A stretch of DNA of 64,000 bases from a virus. The notes under the pieces are model-generated. The model did not search any database, was not told the DNA's origin, and worked only from the letters and a program-made list of their open reading frames with translations. This document shows, piece after piece, positions 8,990 through 16,733 of this stretch. The translations under genes and the position numbers were made by a program. Every line of letters begins with the position of its first letter. Within the stretch, counting starts at the first letter, position 1. The stretch is taken from IMG/VR virus record IMGVR_UViG_3300023202_000336, positions 96,001 through 160,000 of that record; one strand, written 5' to 3'.

Positions 8990-9931
8990 ATGACAGACAA
9001 AATAGAAAAACTGACTCCAGAGCAAGAAGCTCTGGTGCCCGTTTACCGCCAGCGATACTTCGATATCGGCTGGTCGACGGACGAGACCGATCGGGAGGCG
9101 GCCGAGAAGGCCATGCGAGAGTTGCACGAGATCAAGGGTTGGGATCAGCCGGAGATCGTCTGGTTCCAGAGCCCCTACGCGGCCGTGGACACGATCATCG
9201 AGTCCTCGGACAAAGATCCCGAAAACACCGATATTTCGATGAACGGCCCCTGCGCCGCGCTGGACGCGGTATGGGGGTGCTTCTACAAGTTCGGCGAGGA
9301 ACTAAAGCCGGACATGTATAAGGAGGAGGACAGTCGTCTGCTCGACGCCTGGGACCGACTGTGCAAGAGCTGCGGCCCCTGCTGGCTCTATACCAATTAT
9401 GTCCTGATGACGGACAAGCCGGTGGAGGCCCACTACAACGATGGGGAGCTCGTGCACTGTGACACGGGCCCCGCACTACGGTATTCAGATGGTCACGAGA
9501 TGTACGCTATCGACGGCGTGCGTTTGCCGCGGTCTATCGCCAAGAAGGCAGTGATGACTCCTTGGGAGATGACGCTCGAGGAGATCGAGGATTCGGATCT
9601 CGACGAGGATGTCCGCACCATCCTGCAAGACAGGTGGTGCTACAATGAGATCGATGATGCCGGCGATTACGTCGGTTCGGGTGGCGGTCGTTTTCTCAAG
9701 GAGACCGGTGCCGTTTCGATTCACGAGGACGTATACAAGGCTTACAAGGACGTGGCCATCATGCGAAGCCTCCTGCGCGACAAGTACGGCAGGAAGTGGT
9801 TGATGTGCGCTGATTCGTCGACCACGCGAGTGTACTACATTCGCGTCGATGACTCGGCGAGCACGTGCGAGGAGGGGCACATGTCGATCAACGGCGGTAC
9901 CCCAGACAGTGATATCCAGGTCAGCTCGTAG
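8990..9931 (+). CDS. DUF6745-like phage protein
   Basis: IEKLTPEQEAL...DREAAEKA...VWFQSP...HCDTGPALRYSDG...YAIDGVRLP pattern; AGGAG RBS before ATG 8990. Confidence 0.6.
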   Translation: MTDKIEKLTPEQEALVPVYRQRYFDIGWSTDETDREAAEKAMRELHEIKGWDQPEIVWFQSPYAAVDTIIESSDKDPENTDISMNGPCAALDAVWGCFYKFGEELKPDMYKEEDSRLLDAWDRLCKSCGPCWLYTNYVLMTDKPVEAHYNDGELVHCDTGPALRYSDGHEMYAIDGVRLPRSIAKKAVMTPWEMTLEEIEDSDLDEDVRTILQDRWCYNEIDDAGDYVGSGGGRFLKETGAVSIHEDVYKAYKDVAIMRSLLRDKYGRKWLMCADSSTTRVYYIRVDDSASTCEEGHMSINGGTPDSDIQVSS

Positions 9932-10005
9932 CAGGCCCTGGTTGCTTTTCCATTTCACACCGTTTTAATTTTTGCCAACCAAAGAACCCGAGAAGGAGCA
10001 ACAAC

Positions 10006-10452
10006 ATGTCCGAAGACAGCATACTCGAGGTCAGCGAACGCATGCATATCTCGGCCCGCAAGGGCGCCGACCCCGAGACCCGCTTGATCGATGGCATTAC
10101 CGCCACGATCGACTACGGCAAGAGGGGCCGCCAGGGCGACGTGTACCTGAAGCGCCTGACATGCGACCGCAAGCTGGTCAAGGGCCTGAGGAAGACAGAC
10201 AACCCGCAGCTGGTGCCCGGTACCTCCATCGGCAGCCGCCACACGCTGCGGATGGACCGCGGTGAGGAGATCTACCTCCGCAAGAATCCCAGTCCCCTCC
10301 AGGGGCCGATCATCTACGCGCCGAACGGGTTCTACCTCGAGCATCCGAAACACGCGGACTTCGATTGCCGTCTGCCCGGCGTTTACGAAGTCACCTTCCC
10401 GGCCGACAAGGTCGCAGAAGAGCTCGGCGAGATCCGTCGCCGGATCGACTAG
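10006..10452 (+). CDS. Hypothetical protein (148 aa)
   Basis: AAGGAG RBS; GC3-rich codon usage. Confidence 0.7.
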   Translation: MSEDSILEVSERMHISARKGADPETRLIDGITATIDYGKRGRQGDVYLKRLTCDRKLVKGLRKTDNPQLVPGTSIGSRHTLRMDRGEEIYLRKNPSPLQGPIIYAPNGFYLEHPKHADFDCRLPGVYEVTFPADKVAEELGEIRRRID

Positions 10453-10470
10453 TCGATCCACTGATCCTCG

Positions 10471-10497
10471 CTGCAGCTCGTCTAGACGAGCTGCAGC
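10471..10497. terminator. Perfect GC-rich hairpin after the 10006..10452 gene
   Basis: ctgcagctcgtctagacgagctgcag inverted repeat; no clear U-tract; ends approximate. Confidence 0.35.
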
Positions 10498-10550
10498 GAG
10501 GACATCCGCCGCGACCTGAAGATCGTCTCATAAGACCGAAAGGAAGAAAC

Positions 10551-10856
10551 GTGGATCGAGGTAATACCTGGCCTGAGCAGGAGGTCATCGAGGCCTGGGC
10601 TCAGCGTCATGGAATCAAGGCGTCGAATAAACAGCTCATGGAGCTCAAAGAAGAAATGACGAAGCTCTCGTGCAGTTTCGATAAAGCGCGACTTGTATTT
10701 CTCGCGGGCGAAGTATTCGATCAGATAGGTGACGTAGATGTACATGAGCAAGCATTTTTATACGCGAGCGCTTTCGGCCGCGAAGAACCGAACGATGACG
10801 ATTACTGTGCTGCGGTACGGGACGCAATCGATCACGGTATGGAACTCGATCTATGA
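10551..10856 (+). CDS. Hypothetical protein (101 aa)
   Basis: GTG start after an AAGGA RBS, within track ORF 10365..10856. Confidence 0.55.
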   Translation: MDRGNTWPEQEVIEAWAQRHGIKASNKQLMELKEEMTKLSCSFDKARLVFLAGEVFDQIGDVDVHEQAFLYASAFGREEPNDDDYCAAVRDAIDHGMELDL

Positions 10857-10880
10857 GGCGAATGTCTTCTATGTTACGAT

Positions 10881-11096
10881 ATGAAAGCAACTATCGAATA
10901 CGAGTTGCCGGATGACGAAAAAGCACTTATCGTGGCATCTTGTATTAACAAAATACTAGGAGGAGCATCTGAAGCTCACGAACAGCTTCGTATGCTTCTC
11001 AAGCACGAAGAAGATATATCGGAAAAGATTCGCGAGAAGATAGTGGACATAATAAAAAACCTCTATGAGGATACGCAAATAATAGATCTCGTTTAA
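10881..11096 (+). CDS. Small hypothetical protein (71 aa)
   Basis: ORF fills the gap between co-oriented genes. Confidence 0.55.
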   Translation: MKATIEYELPDDEKALIVASCINKILGGASEAHEQLRMLLKHEEDISEKIREKIVDIIKNLYEDTQIIDLV

Positions 11097-11108
11097 TAAG
11101 GAGAAGAA

Positions 11109-11627
11109 ATGAGCAAAGTAAAAGCGGTAACGTTTGTTATCGTAGTTGCTGCAGTAACGTTTCTCGTTGTCGAGGGTGTCCTTCCGGTGCTGGTTGCAGC
11201 TTTCGAAGCCGGAGCACAGGACGAACAGAGGTCGTCAACAGCGATAGAAAAGGCAGAGGAACTGCCGAGGACGGTGAAGGTCGAAGCGGTCGCTACGGGC
11301 TACTGTCCGTGCGAGAAGTGCTGCGGTCGATTCGCCGATGGAATAACGGCGAATGGAAGGTCGGTTGAGATGCATCCGTATGGGATTGCCGCTGATCCTT
11401 TGGTATTGCCGTACGGGGCGAAGATCGATGTCCCCGGGTACGGTCGTGCCGAGGTCGACGATACCGGAGCGGCGATGAGTAATTCTGAGGTCCCTCACGT
11501 CGATCTCAGGTTCAAGACACACGACGAGGCTCTCGAGTGGGGTCGACGAGATGTCATCTTAGAGGTCTCGACGGTCAATCTCGTGAGGGACCAGATCGAG
11601 TCCCTCCTCGCCCATACGCTTCGGTAG
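11109..11627 (+). CDS. 3D (Asp-Asp-Asp) domain protein with N-terminal membrane anchor; putative peptidoglycan lytic transglycosylase
   Basis: ATGYCPCEKCC, GITANG, IAADPLVLPYG, VDDTGAA, VDLRF motifs; hydrophobic N-terminus. Confidence 0.85.
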   Translation: MSKVKAVTFVIVVAAVTFLVVEGVLPVLVAAFEAGAQDEQRSSTAIEKAEELPRTVKVEAVATGYCPCEKCCGRFADGITANGRSVEMHPYGIAADPLVLPYGAKIDVPGYGRAEVDDTGAAMSNSEVPHVDLRFKTHDEALEWGRRDVILEVSTVNLVRDQIESLLAHTLR

Positions 11628-11705
11628 CTCAGCGGAAGAGTAAGTCTACTACGTGTGTTGCGTAGTGCGAGGGTCGGCCGGTGATTTCTGGATGTTCGGT
11701 CGGCC

Positions 11706-11777
11706 CTCGTTTATGCTCGCTCAGGAGCTTTGTATCTGAGACTCGGGCGAAATCCGTCGAGGCCCCGTATCTGAGAC
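11706..11777 (+). CRISPR. Degenerate mini-array upstream of the cas12 gene: full variant repeat, 16-nt spacer, 3' half repeat
   Basis: atgctcgctcaggagctttgtatctgagac (11713-11742; 26/30 to array core), tcgggcgaaatccgtc, gaggccccgtatctgagac (11759-11777). Confidence 0.75.
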
Positions 11778-11824
11778 GCATCTGATATCGGAGCCTCGTC
11801 CCACCAACCGCTAAGGAGAACGAG

Positions 11825-13549
11825 ATGCAAAGAGGACGCGATCCAGCGAATATTTACAGCTTCGCTGCATACGTATACCGCGAGGATTACGAGCGGACCG
11901 GCGATATACTGTTCAATGCGAACCGGTTCGGAAACGCGCTTGTCGCGATCGAACTCCACCGTCGCGAAGAGTGCGAGAAAATACTTCGACAGTGCTCGAA
12001 GGATTACACGGACGCGCGCGCCAAGGAAGACGCGCTCGTCGACCACCTTCAAGCGATCGGCAAGGAGCTGGGTCGATATCGCCAAAAGAAGCGTGAAAAG
12101 AAGACGCCGAAGGAGCTCCGTGAAAAGTACACGGAGGTCGAAGGGCAACTCGAGAAGCATCGAAACAGCGTGGTGCTTCCGATCCGCCGGGAGCTCTACA
12201 GGAGCCCCAAAGTCAAGAAGCTCCTGAAGAAGCTACATGAGAAGGTAACCGCGGATAAAAAAGAAGCGCGGGCCAACAGGAACTGTTACTGGGGGACGGG
12301 TGGTCTCGTGGAGAAGGCCCACGAGAATGACGGAGAAGGGCCGCCTCCGTCATTCAAGCGATTCGACGGAACCGGTCGAATCGGTGTGCAGCTCCAACAG
12401 CAGTCAGGAGCTCCTCCGTGGACCCCGGAGCGGCTCACGAGAGAGAACACTCTCCTGATGCTCGATGTGGACCAGATGCCCGATGATTTCGTCGGCGCCG
12501 ATCTGAACACAAGGTACAAGAAAAGTCAGAAGAAACGCTGTCCGGTCCGTATGAGGATCGGTTCGGAGAAAGCCAAGCCGGTGTGGCTCGACTTCATGGT
12601 CAAGTTCCATCGACCGCTTCCAGAAGGCTGCAAGATCAAAGCAGCCTGGATCCTTTTCAAAAAGGTCGGGACGCATACGAAAACGTATTTTCAAACGCAA
12701 GTGGCGCGTCCCGAGGGGTTCATGAGAGACGACGTCGCCGATGGCGGCCATGTCGCGGTCGATCTTGGCTGGAGAAAGTTCGAGGACGACCGGGTCCGCG
12801 TCGCCTACTGGCTCGGAGATGATGGAGAACAGGGTGAGATCGCTCTCGATCCGGAGCTCCTGAGCCGAGACCGGAAGAACCGGTCACTCCAGTCGATCTA
12901 CGATCGACAGTTCGACTCCATGAAGGAGCTCCTCCATGGCTGGATCACCGAGCACAAGAGTTCGGTTCCGGAGTGGCTGAAGGAGGAGACGAAGACCCTG
13001 CCGATCTGGAGATCGAGGTCCCGCTTGGCAAAGGTCATCATCAAGTGGAGGAAACACCAGTTCGACGGCGACGTCGAACTGTATAAAACCGCCGAAAAGT
13101 GGCGGAAGAAGGACAAGCACCTCTTCGACTGGCACAAGTTCCAGGCGAGGATCATCAGGGAAAAGCGGAAGGCGCTTTTCCGAGAGGAAGCGGCAAAGCT
13201 CGCGAGGCGTTATCGCTGCGTCATATTCGAAGATATGAAGATCAGCGATATGGCCAAGGACTCACCGGTGAGCAGCGATGACATGGATCCAATCAAGGAT
13301 ATCATGAAACTCGCGTCGCCAGGGGAGCTTCGAATGGAGTTCGAGAGTCGATTCCGAGACTCCACCAGACAGAAGACGAAGAACACGACGAGAGAATGTT
13401 CGGAGTGCGGTTTCGTTGACGGAGAGTTCGACTTCGTGAATCTGTACCACGAATGCCCGAACTGTCAGGCGGAGAAGGATCAAGATCTCAACGCCTGCGA
13501 GAACCTCCTCGCACGAGAGTTGGGGCCACCAGACGCTTCGGCCGCTTGA
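11825..13549 (+). CDS. cas12: Compact type V CRISPR effector, Cas12m/V-U1-like, 574 aa, RuvC triad D-E-D
   Basis: RuvC-I VAVDLGWR (D313), RuvC-II VIFEDMK (E469), Zn finger CSEC...CPNC, RuvC-III DQDLNA (D554); FKRFDGTGRIGVQLQ and KDKHLFDW motifs recall the V-U1 family; adjacent CRISPR array. Confidence 0.85.
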   Translation: MQRGRDPANIYSFAAYVYREDYERTGDILFNANRFGNALVAIELHRREECEKILRQCSKDYTDARAKEDALVDHLQAIGKELGRYRQKKREKKTPKELREKYTEVEGQLEKHRNSVVLPIRRELYRSPKVKKLLKKLHEKVTADKKEARANRNCYWGTGGLVEKAHENDGEGPPPSFKRFDGTGRIGVQLQQQSGAPPWTPERLTRENTLLMLDVDQMPDDFVGADLNTRYKKSQKKRCPVRMRIGSEKAKPVWLDFMVKFHRPLPEGCKIKAAWILFKKVGTHTKTYFQTQVARPEGFMRDDVADGGHVAVDLGWRKFEDDRVRVAYWLGDDGEQGEIALDPELLSRDRKNRSLQSIYDRQFDSMKELLHGWITEHKSSVPEWLKEETKTLPIWRSRSRLAKVIIKWRKHQFDGDVELYKTAEKWRKKDKHLFDWHKFQARIIREKRKALFREEAAKLARRYRCVIFEDMKISDMAKDSPVSSDDMDPIKDIMKLASPGELRMEFESRFRDSTRQKTKNTTRECSECGFVDGEFDFVNLYHECPNCQAEKDQDLNACENLLARELGPPDASAA

Positions 13550-13556
13550 GAATGTT

Positions 13557-13599
13557 TTCGAGCGGCTACGTCGTCGATAAGATGACGTAGTCGCTCGAA
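13557..13599 (+). terminator. 19-bp hairpin directly after cas12 (terminator or accessory RNA element)
   Basis: ttcgagcggctacgtcgtc-gataa-gatgacgtagtcgctcgaa with two G-U wobbles, followed by gtctttta. Confidence 0.65.
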
Positions 13600-13650
13600 G
13601 TCTTTTATGCGATATTGTTTATATATAAAAATTTTGACAGTACTGTTAGA
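13600..13650 (+). promoter_or_regulatory. AT-rich CRISPR leader / putative array promoter
   Basis: tattgtttatatataaaattttgacagtactgt directly before the first repeat. Confidence 0.5.
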
Positions 13651-14229
13651 TATGCCCGCTCAGAGGCTTCGTATCTGAGACGAGGCGCGTGATCTCGAAC
13701 TCCTGGAGTATCCGCGTCGCTTATGCCCGCTCAGAGGCTTCGTATCTGAGACTGGGGCCTGCCAAACCACGCCCGCTTATGCCCGCTCAGAGGCTTCGTA
13801 TCTGAGACAGCGCTAGGTGAAGGCTGGCGGGGATGCCACGACCGTTTATGCCCGCTCAGAGGCTTCGTATCTGAGACGGATCGTTTTGGTGGTATCCCGC
13901 TTATGCCCGCTCAGAGGCTTCGTATCTGAGACGCCAATCCATCCAGGTACCCGCTGATGCCCGCTCAGAGGCTTCGTATCTGAGACTAGGCGCGTGATCT
14001 CGAACTCCTGGAGTATCCGCGCCGCTTATGCCCGCTCAGAGGCTTCGTATCTGAGACCCGCCTCGAGCACCCGTTTCGGGGGCGTTGATATCCCGCTTAT
14101 GCCCGCTCAGAGGCTTCGTATCTGAGACGACCACGCCTGCCGTCTCCGCGAACTCGGCTTCGCCCGCTGATGCCCGCTCAGAGGCTTCGTATCTGAGACG
14201 CCAATCCATCAAAGCCTCGTACCTGAGAC
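13651..14229 (+). CRISPR. CRISPR array: 9 repeats plus a degenerate terminal half repeat; 37-nt consensus CCCGCTTATGCCCGCTCAGAGGCTTCGTATCTGAGAC
   Basis: Invariant 30-nt core ends at 13681, 13752, 13808, 13877, 13932, 13986, 14057, 14128, 14199; stem CTCAGA/TCTGAG; spacers 34, 19, 32, 18, 17, 34, 34, 34 and ~14 nt. Confidence 0.97.
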
Positions 14230-14248
14230 ACCAACCAAGGAGAAAACC

Positions 14249-14809
14249 ATGCGTTTAGTCTGTGTTCTACTTTTCGTGTTCGGCCTCTGTGCCGAAGAAA
14301 CCTCCAAACTCCCCAGCACCGCCCAGCGTCTCGTCGATCGCCACGATCACGCGCTGGCCGAACTGCGTGAGCGATACCTCGCCGACGTCGCCGACTTGCG
14401 CGAAGACGTCACCCACGACCTCGAGCGGGAACTCAAGAAGACGACCCGTCGCGGCGACCTGGAAGGGGCCCTCGCGATCAAGGAGAAGATCACCGCGCTC
14501 AAGGAGCAAGAGGAGGCGATCGCTGAAGCGCCGACCGATTTCCTCGGACGTAAGAGGCAACCTGAATTCGTCGGAAACACCTACCGATACAGCTCATGGT
14601 GGGTTCGCTTTGATAAGGACGGGTCGGTGAAGACAAACTGGACTTCCCGCGACCTGAGAGACGGTGAATGGAGGATGGAAGGCGAAGAGATCGTCCTCGA
14701 ATTCAACGGGGAAGAGCACGTGAACCGCGCCTTCATCAACGAGGATGGAGATCTGGATTTTAACGGGGCGCAGCTGTTCCGCCTCGAGGAGAAGGACGAG
14801 GACGAATGA
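14249..14809 (+). CDS. Secreted/exported coiled-coil protein, paralog 1
   Basis: Signal-peptide-like N-terminus; LERELKKTTRRGDLEGALAIKEKI; AAGGAG RBS. Confidence 0.75.
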   Translation: MRLVCVLLFVFGLCAEETSKLPSTAQRLVDRHDHALAELRERYLADVADLREDVTHDLERELKKTTRRGDLEGALAIKEKITALKEQEEAIAEAPTDFLGRKRQPEFVGNTYRYSSWWVRFDKDGSVKTNWTSRDLRDGEWRMEGEEIVLEFNGEEHVNRAFINEDGDLDFNGAQLFRLEEKDEDE

Positions 14810-14847
14810 TCCTGATCCTGGATCAGTCGCCAGGAAAGGCGGCGAAG
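14806..14847. repeat. 42-bp exact duplicate of the 5' end of the 15455 gene (truncated remnant)
   Basis: atgatcctgatcctggatcagtcgccaggaaaggcggcgaag is identical at 14806-14847 and 15455-15496. Confidence 0.95.
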
Positions 14848-14882
14848 GCATACGCAGACAACGACCTCGTGGAGGAAGAACC

Positions 14883-15458
14883 GTGCGAATTCTGATGGCT
14901 ACGCTATTCTTGTTGCCGACCCTCTCCCTGTCCTCCGAGGAGGAGCAGGACCCGATGCCCGCGTCTGCCAAACGGACCGTGGCCCAGCACGATCGCGAGG
15001 TGCAGCGCCTCAAAGAACGCTACCTGTCCGACCTCGCCGAAATCCGCGAAGACACCCTTCGCGACCTCGAGCGTGACATGGAAAAGACGACCCGTCGCGG
15101 CGACCTCGAAGGGGCCCTTGCGATCAAGGAGAAGATCACTGCGCTCGAGGAGCAAGAAGAAGAGATCGCTGAGGCACCGACGGATTTCCTCGGGAACGCG
15201 AAGAAGCCGTTTTTTGCTGGTAGAACTTTTAACCATGTGCGCGGTGGTGGTTACCATATCGCATTTTCGGAGGATGGAACGTTGACGACGACGAACTGGG
15301 GCCACAGGTACAACGTCGGCGAATGGACCTTTGAGGACGGAACTATCCACATGGTTTTCGAGAACGGCGGTAACCCACATGAAGCAGAGGTAGATCCAGA
15401 AAACCAGAGGCTCACCTTCATGAACGGTGACGTTTACGTGATCTCGGAAGACAAATGA
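14883..15458 (+). CDS. Secreted/exported coiled-coil protein, paralog 2
   Basis: GTG start after GGAGG; signal-peptide-like N-terminus; shares TTRRGDLEGALAIKEKITAL...EAPTDFLG with paralog 1; different C-terminal domain. Confidence 0.75.
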   Translation: MRILMATLFLLPTLSLSSEEEQDPMPASAKRTVAQHDREVQRLKERYLSDLAEIREDTLRDLERDMEKTTRRGDLEGALAIKEKITALEEQEEEIAEAPTDFLGNAKKPFFAGRTFNHVRGGGYHIAFSEDGTLTTTNWGHRYNVGEWTFEDGTIHMVFENGGNPHEAEVDPENQRLTFMNGDVYVISEDK

Positions 15459-16012
15459 TCCTGATCCTGGATCAGTCGCCAGGAAAGGCGGCGAAGTGCT
15501 ACGCGGATAGAGATATTTCGAGAGGAGTAAATGACGTTATAGAAGTTCTCGAAAACGTGTACCTTCGCCGCCTTCGGCGCGATTATGATGACTCGTCTCC
15601 ATTCGTATCGTGGTGCGGTCTTACGTATCGTAACTTCATGTGGCTTTATTGGCTCGGTTGGTTTCTCGGCATCGAGTACTTCGTGTTAAAAGATAAAGAT
15701 CATAAAAATTCTCTGAAGCTAGATAGCATCAGAACGGAATACGAAAAGCTATCGAAAGGGATGAAGAGACCGCTTCCTCTTTCGTCGTGGCCTCAATCAC
15801 CGTTACCAGCAAAGTTTCGTATGCCGCTCTCAGAGTCGGATCTTCATCCAGCTTCAAAAGGTGACGCGCATCCAGCCGTGTTCGCCTACAGAAACTACTA
15901 CCAGACGTTTCCGGATCGCGAGTGGAGACGTCGAGAAAAACCGTTGTGGTGGGATCCGGCAAGTGCTGAAGATCCCGACGATTTCACCGAGACGATCATG
16001 GCGGTCGTCTAA
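15455..16012 (+). CDS. Pyrimidine-dimer DNA glycosylase (DenV/Pyr_excise)-like protein, divergent
   Basis: MILILDQSPGKAAKCYADRDI N-terminus, WLYWLGWFLGIEY and AYRNYY resemble this family; the usual HxNHP segment is not evident. Confidence 0.45.
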   Translation: MILILDQSPGKAAKCYADRDISRGVNDVIEVLENVYLRRLRRDYDDSSPFVSWCGLTYRNFMWLYWLGWFLGIEYFVLKDKDHKNSLKLDSIRTEYEKLSKGMKRPLPLSSWPQSPLPAKFRMPLSESDLHPASKGDAHPAVFAYRNYYQTFPDREWRRREKPLWWDPASAEDPDDFTETIMAVV

Positions 16013-16024
16013 TTACGCGGAGGA

Positions 16025-16627
16025 ATGATGACGAAAACGCGTAGAAAAATGGTTGAGGTTTTAAATACATCGCTTCTCGATTTGGAAGATCTTGCGCTCA
16101 AAAGATTAGAAGAACGGAAGTTACCGGGTGATCCCAGTATTCCAGACGGTCTCCGTAGAGCTATAGAGGCGTTATCGAGAGCTGATCTGAAACCTGTTAC
16201 TAAGGAGTCGATTTGCGATGCTATGGCAGAATTGGCGCAGTTTCCTATATCAGATCCCGGCTATATAGCCTTCCGTAATAGTAAGTTAGATATAGGGGCA
16301 AGTGTACTCGTTGGTACACCGATTTACGTGAAAGCGAAGCGTAATCCGAATAATCATAATTATGCGACTGGCCACGTGTTTTTTGCAAGTTCAAATATCG
16401 ATAATACTTGGTCGTTAGGTATATTAAACAGCGGCACTATTGGTTTGGGAAATAGTCCTCCCGATTCTTTCGATGGAGTAGAGAGTTATTATCTCAGAAT
16501 AGCTACCGCAGACGAGGTACGTAGGACCATAACCGTTATGGTACAGATTATTAACCGCGAAGCTGTCGAAGTTAAAACCATGGGAATAATAGTAGGTTAC
16601 TTAGATACAGCTTTAAAAGAATTGTAA
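16025..16627 (+). CDS. Hypothetical protein (200 aa)
   Basis: GGAGG RBS; long ORF. Confidence 0.65.
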   Translation: MMTKTRRKMVEVLNTSLLDLEDLALKRLEERKLPGDPSIPDGLRRAIEALSRADLKPVTKESICDAMAELAQFPISDPGYIAFRNSKLDIGASVLVGTPIYVKAKRNPNNHNYATGHVFFASSNIDNTWSLGILNSGTIGLGNSPPDSFDGVESYYLRIATADEVRRTITVMVQIINREAVEVKTMGIIVGYLDTALKEL

Positions 16628-16647
16628 GCAGTATTCTTTTGTTGATT

Positions 16648-16677
16648 ATGCCCGCTTAGGAGTTGCGTATCTGAGAC
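16648..16677 (+). repeat. Solitary variant CRISPR repeat (copy B)
   Basis: atgcccgcttaggagttgcgtatctgagac, 25/30 to array core; stem kept via G-U pairs. Confidence 0.85.
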
Positions 16678-16691
16678 AAAGCAACCAACAG

Positions 16692-16718
16692 CGACCCACT
16701 GGGTCGTTTTTCTTTTTT
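16692..16718 (+). terminator. Intrinsic terminator 14 nt after solo repeat B
   Basis: cgaccc-act-gggtcg followed by tttttctttttt. Confidence 0.7.
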
Positions 16719-16733
16719 ACGGGAGGATTACCT

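Noticed and set aside
9939-9948. 10-nt complement (tggttgcttt) to the sequence after solo repeat B
   Set aside because: Only 10 nt, expected by chance about 0.1 times in this window, and no T-rich PAM on the appropriate side
10535-10545. Recurrent CCGAAAGGA before several genes (also near 61107 and 61779)
   Set aside because: Explained as an extended Shine-Dalgarno sequence
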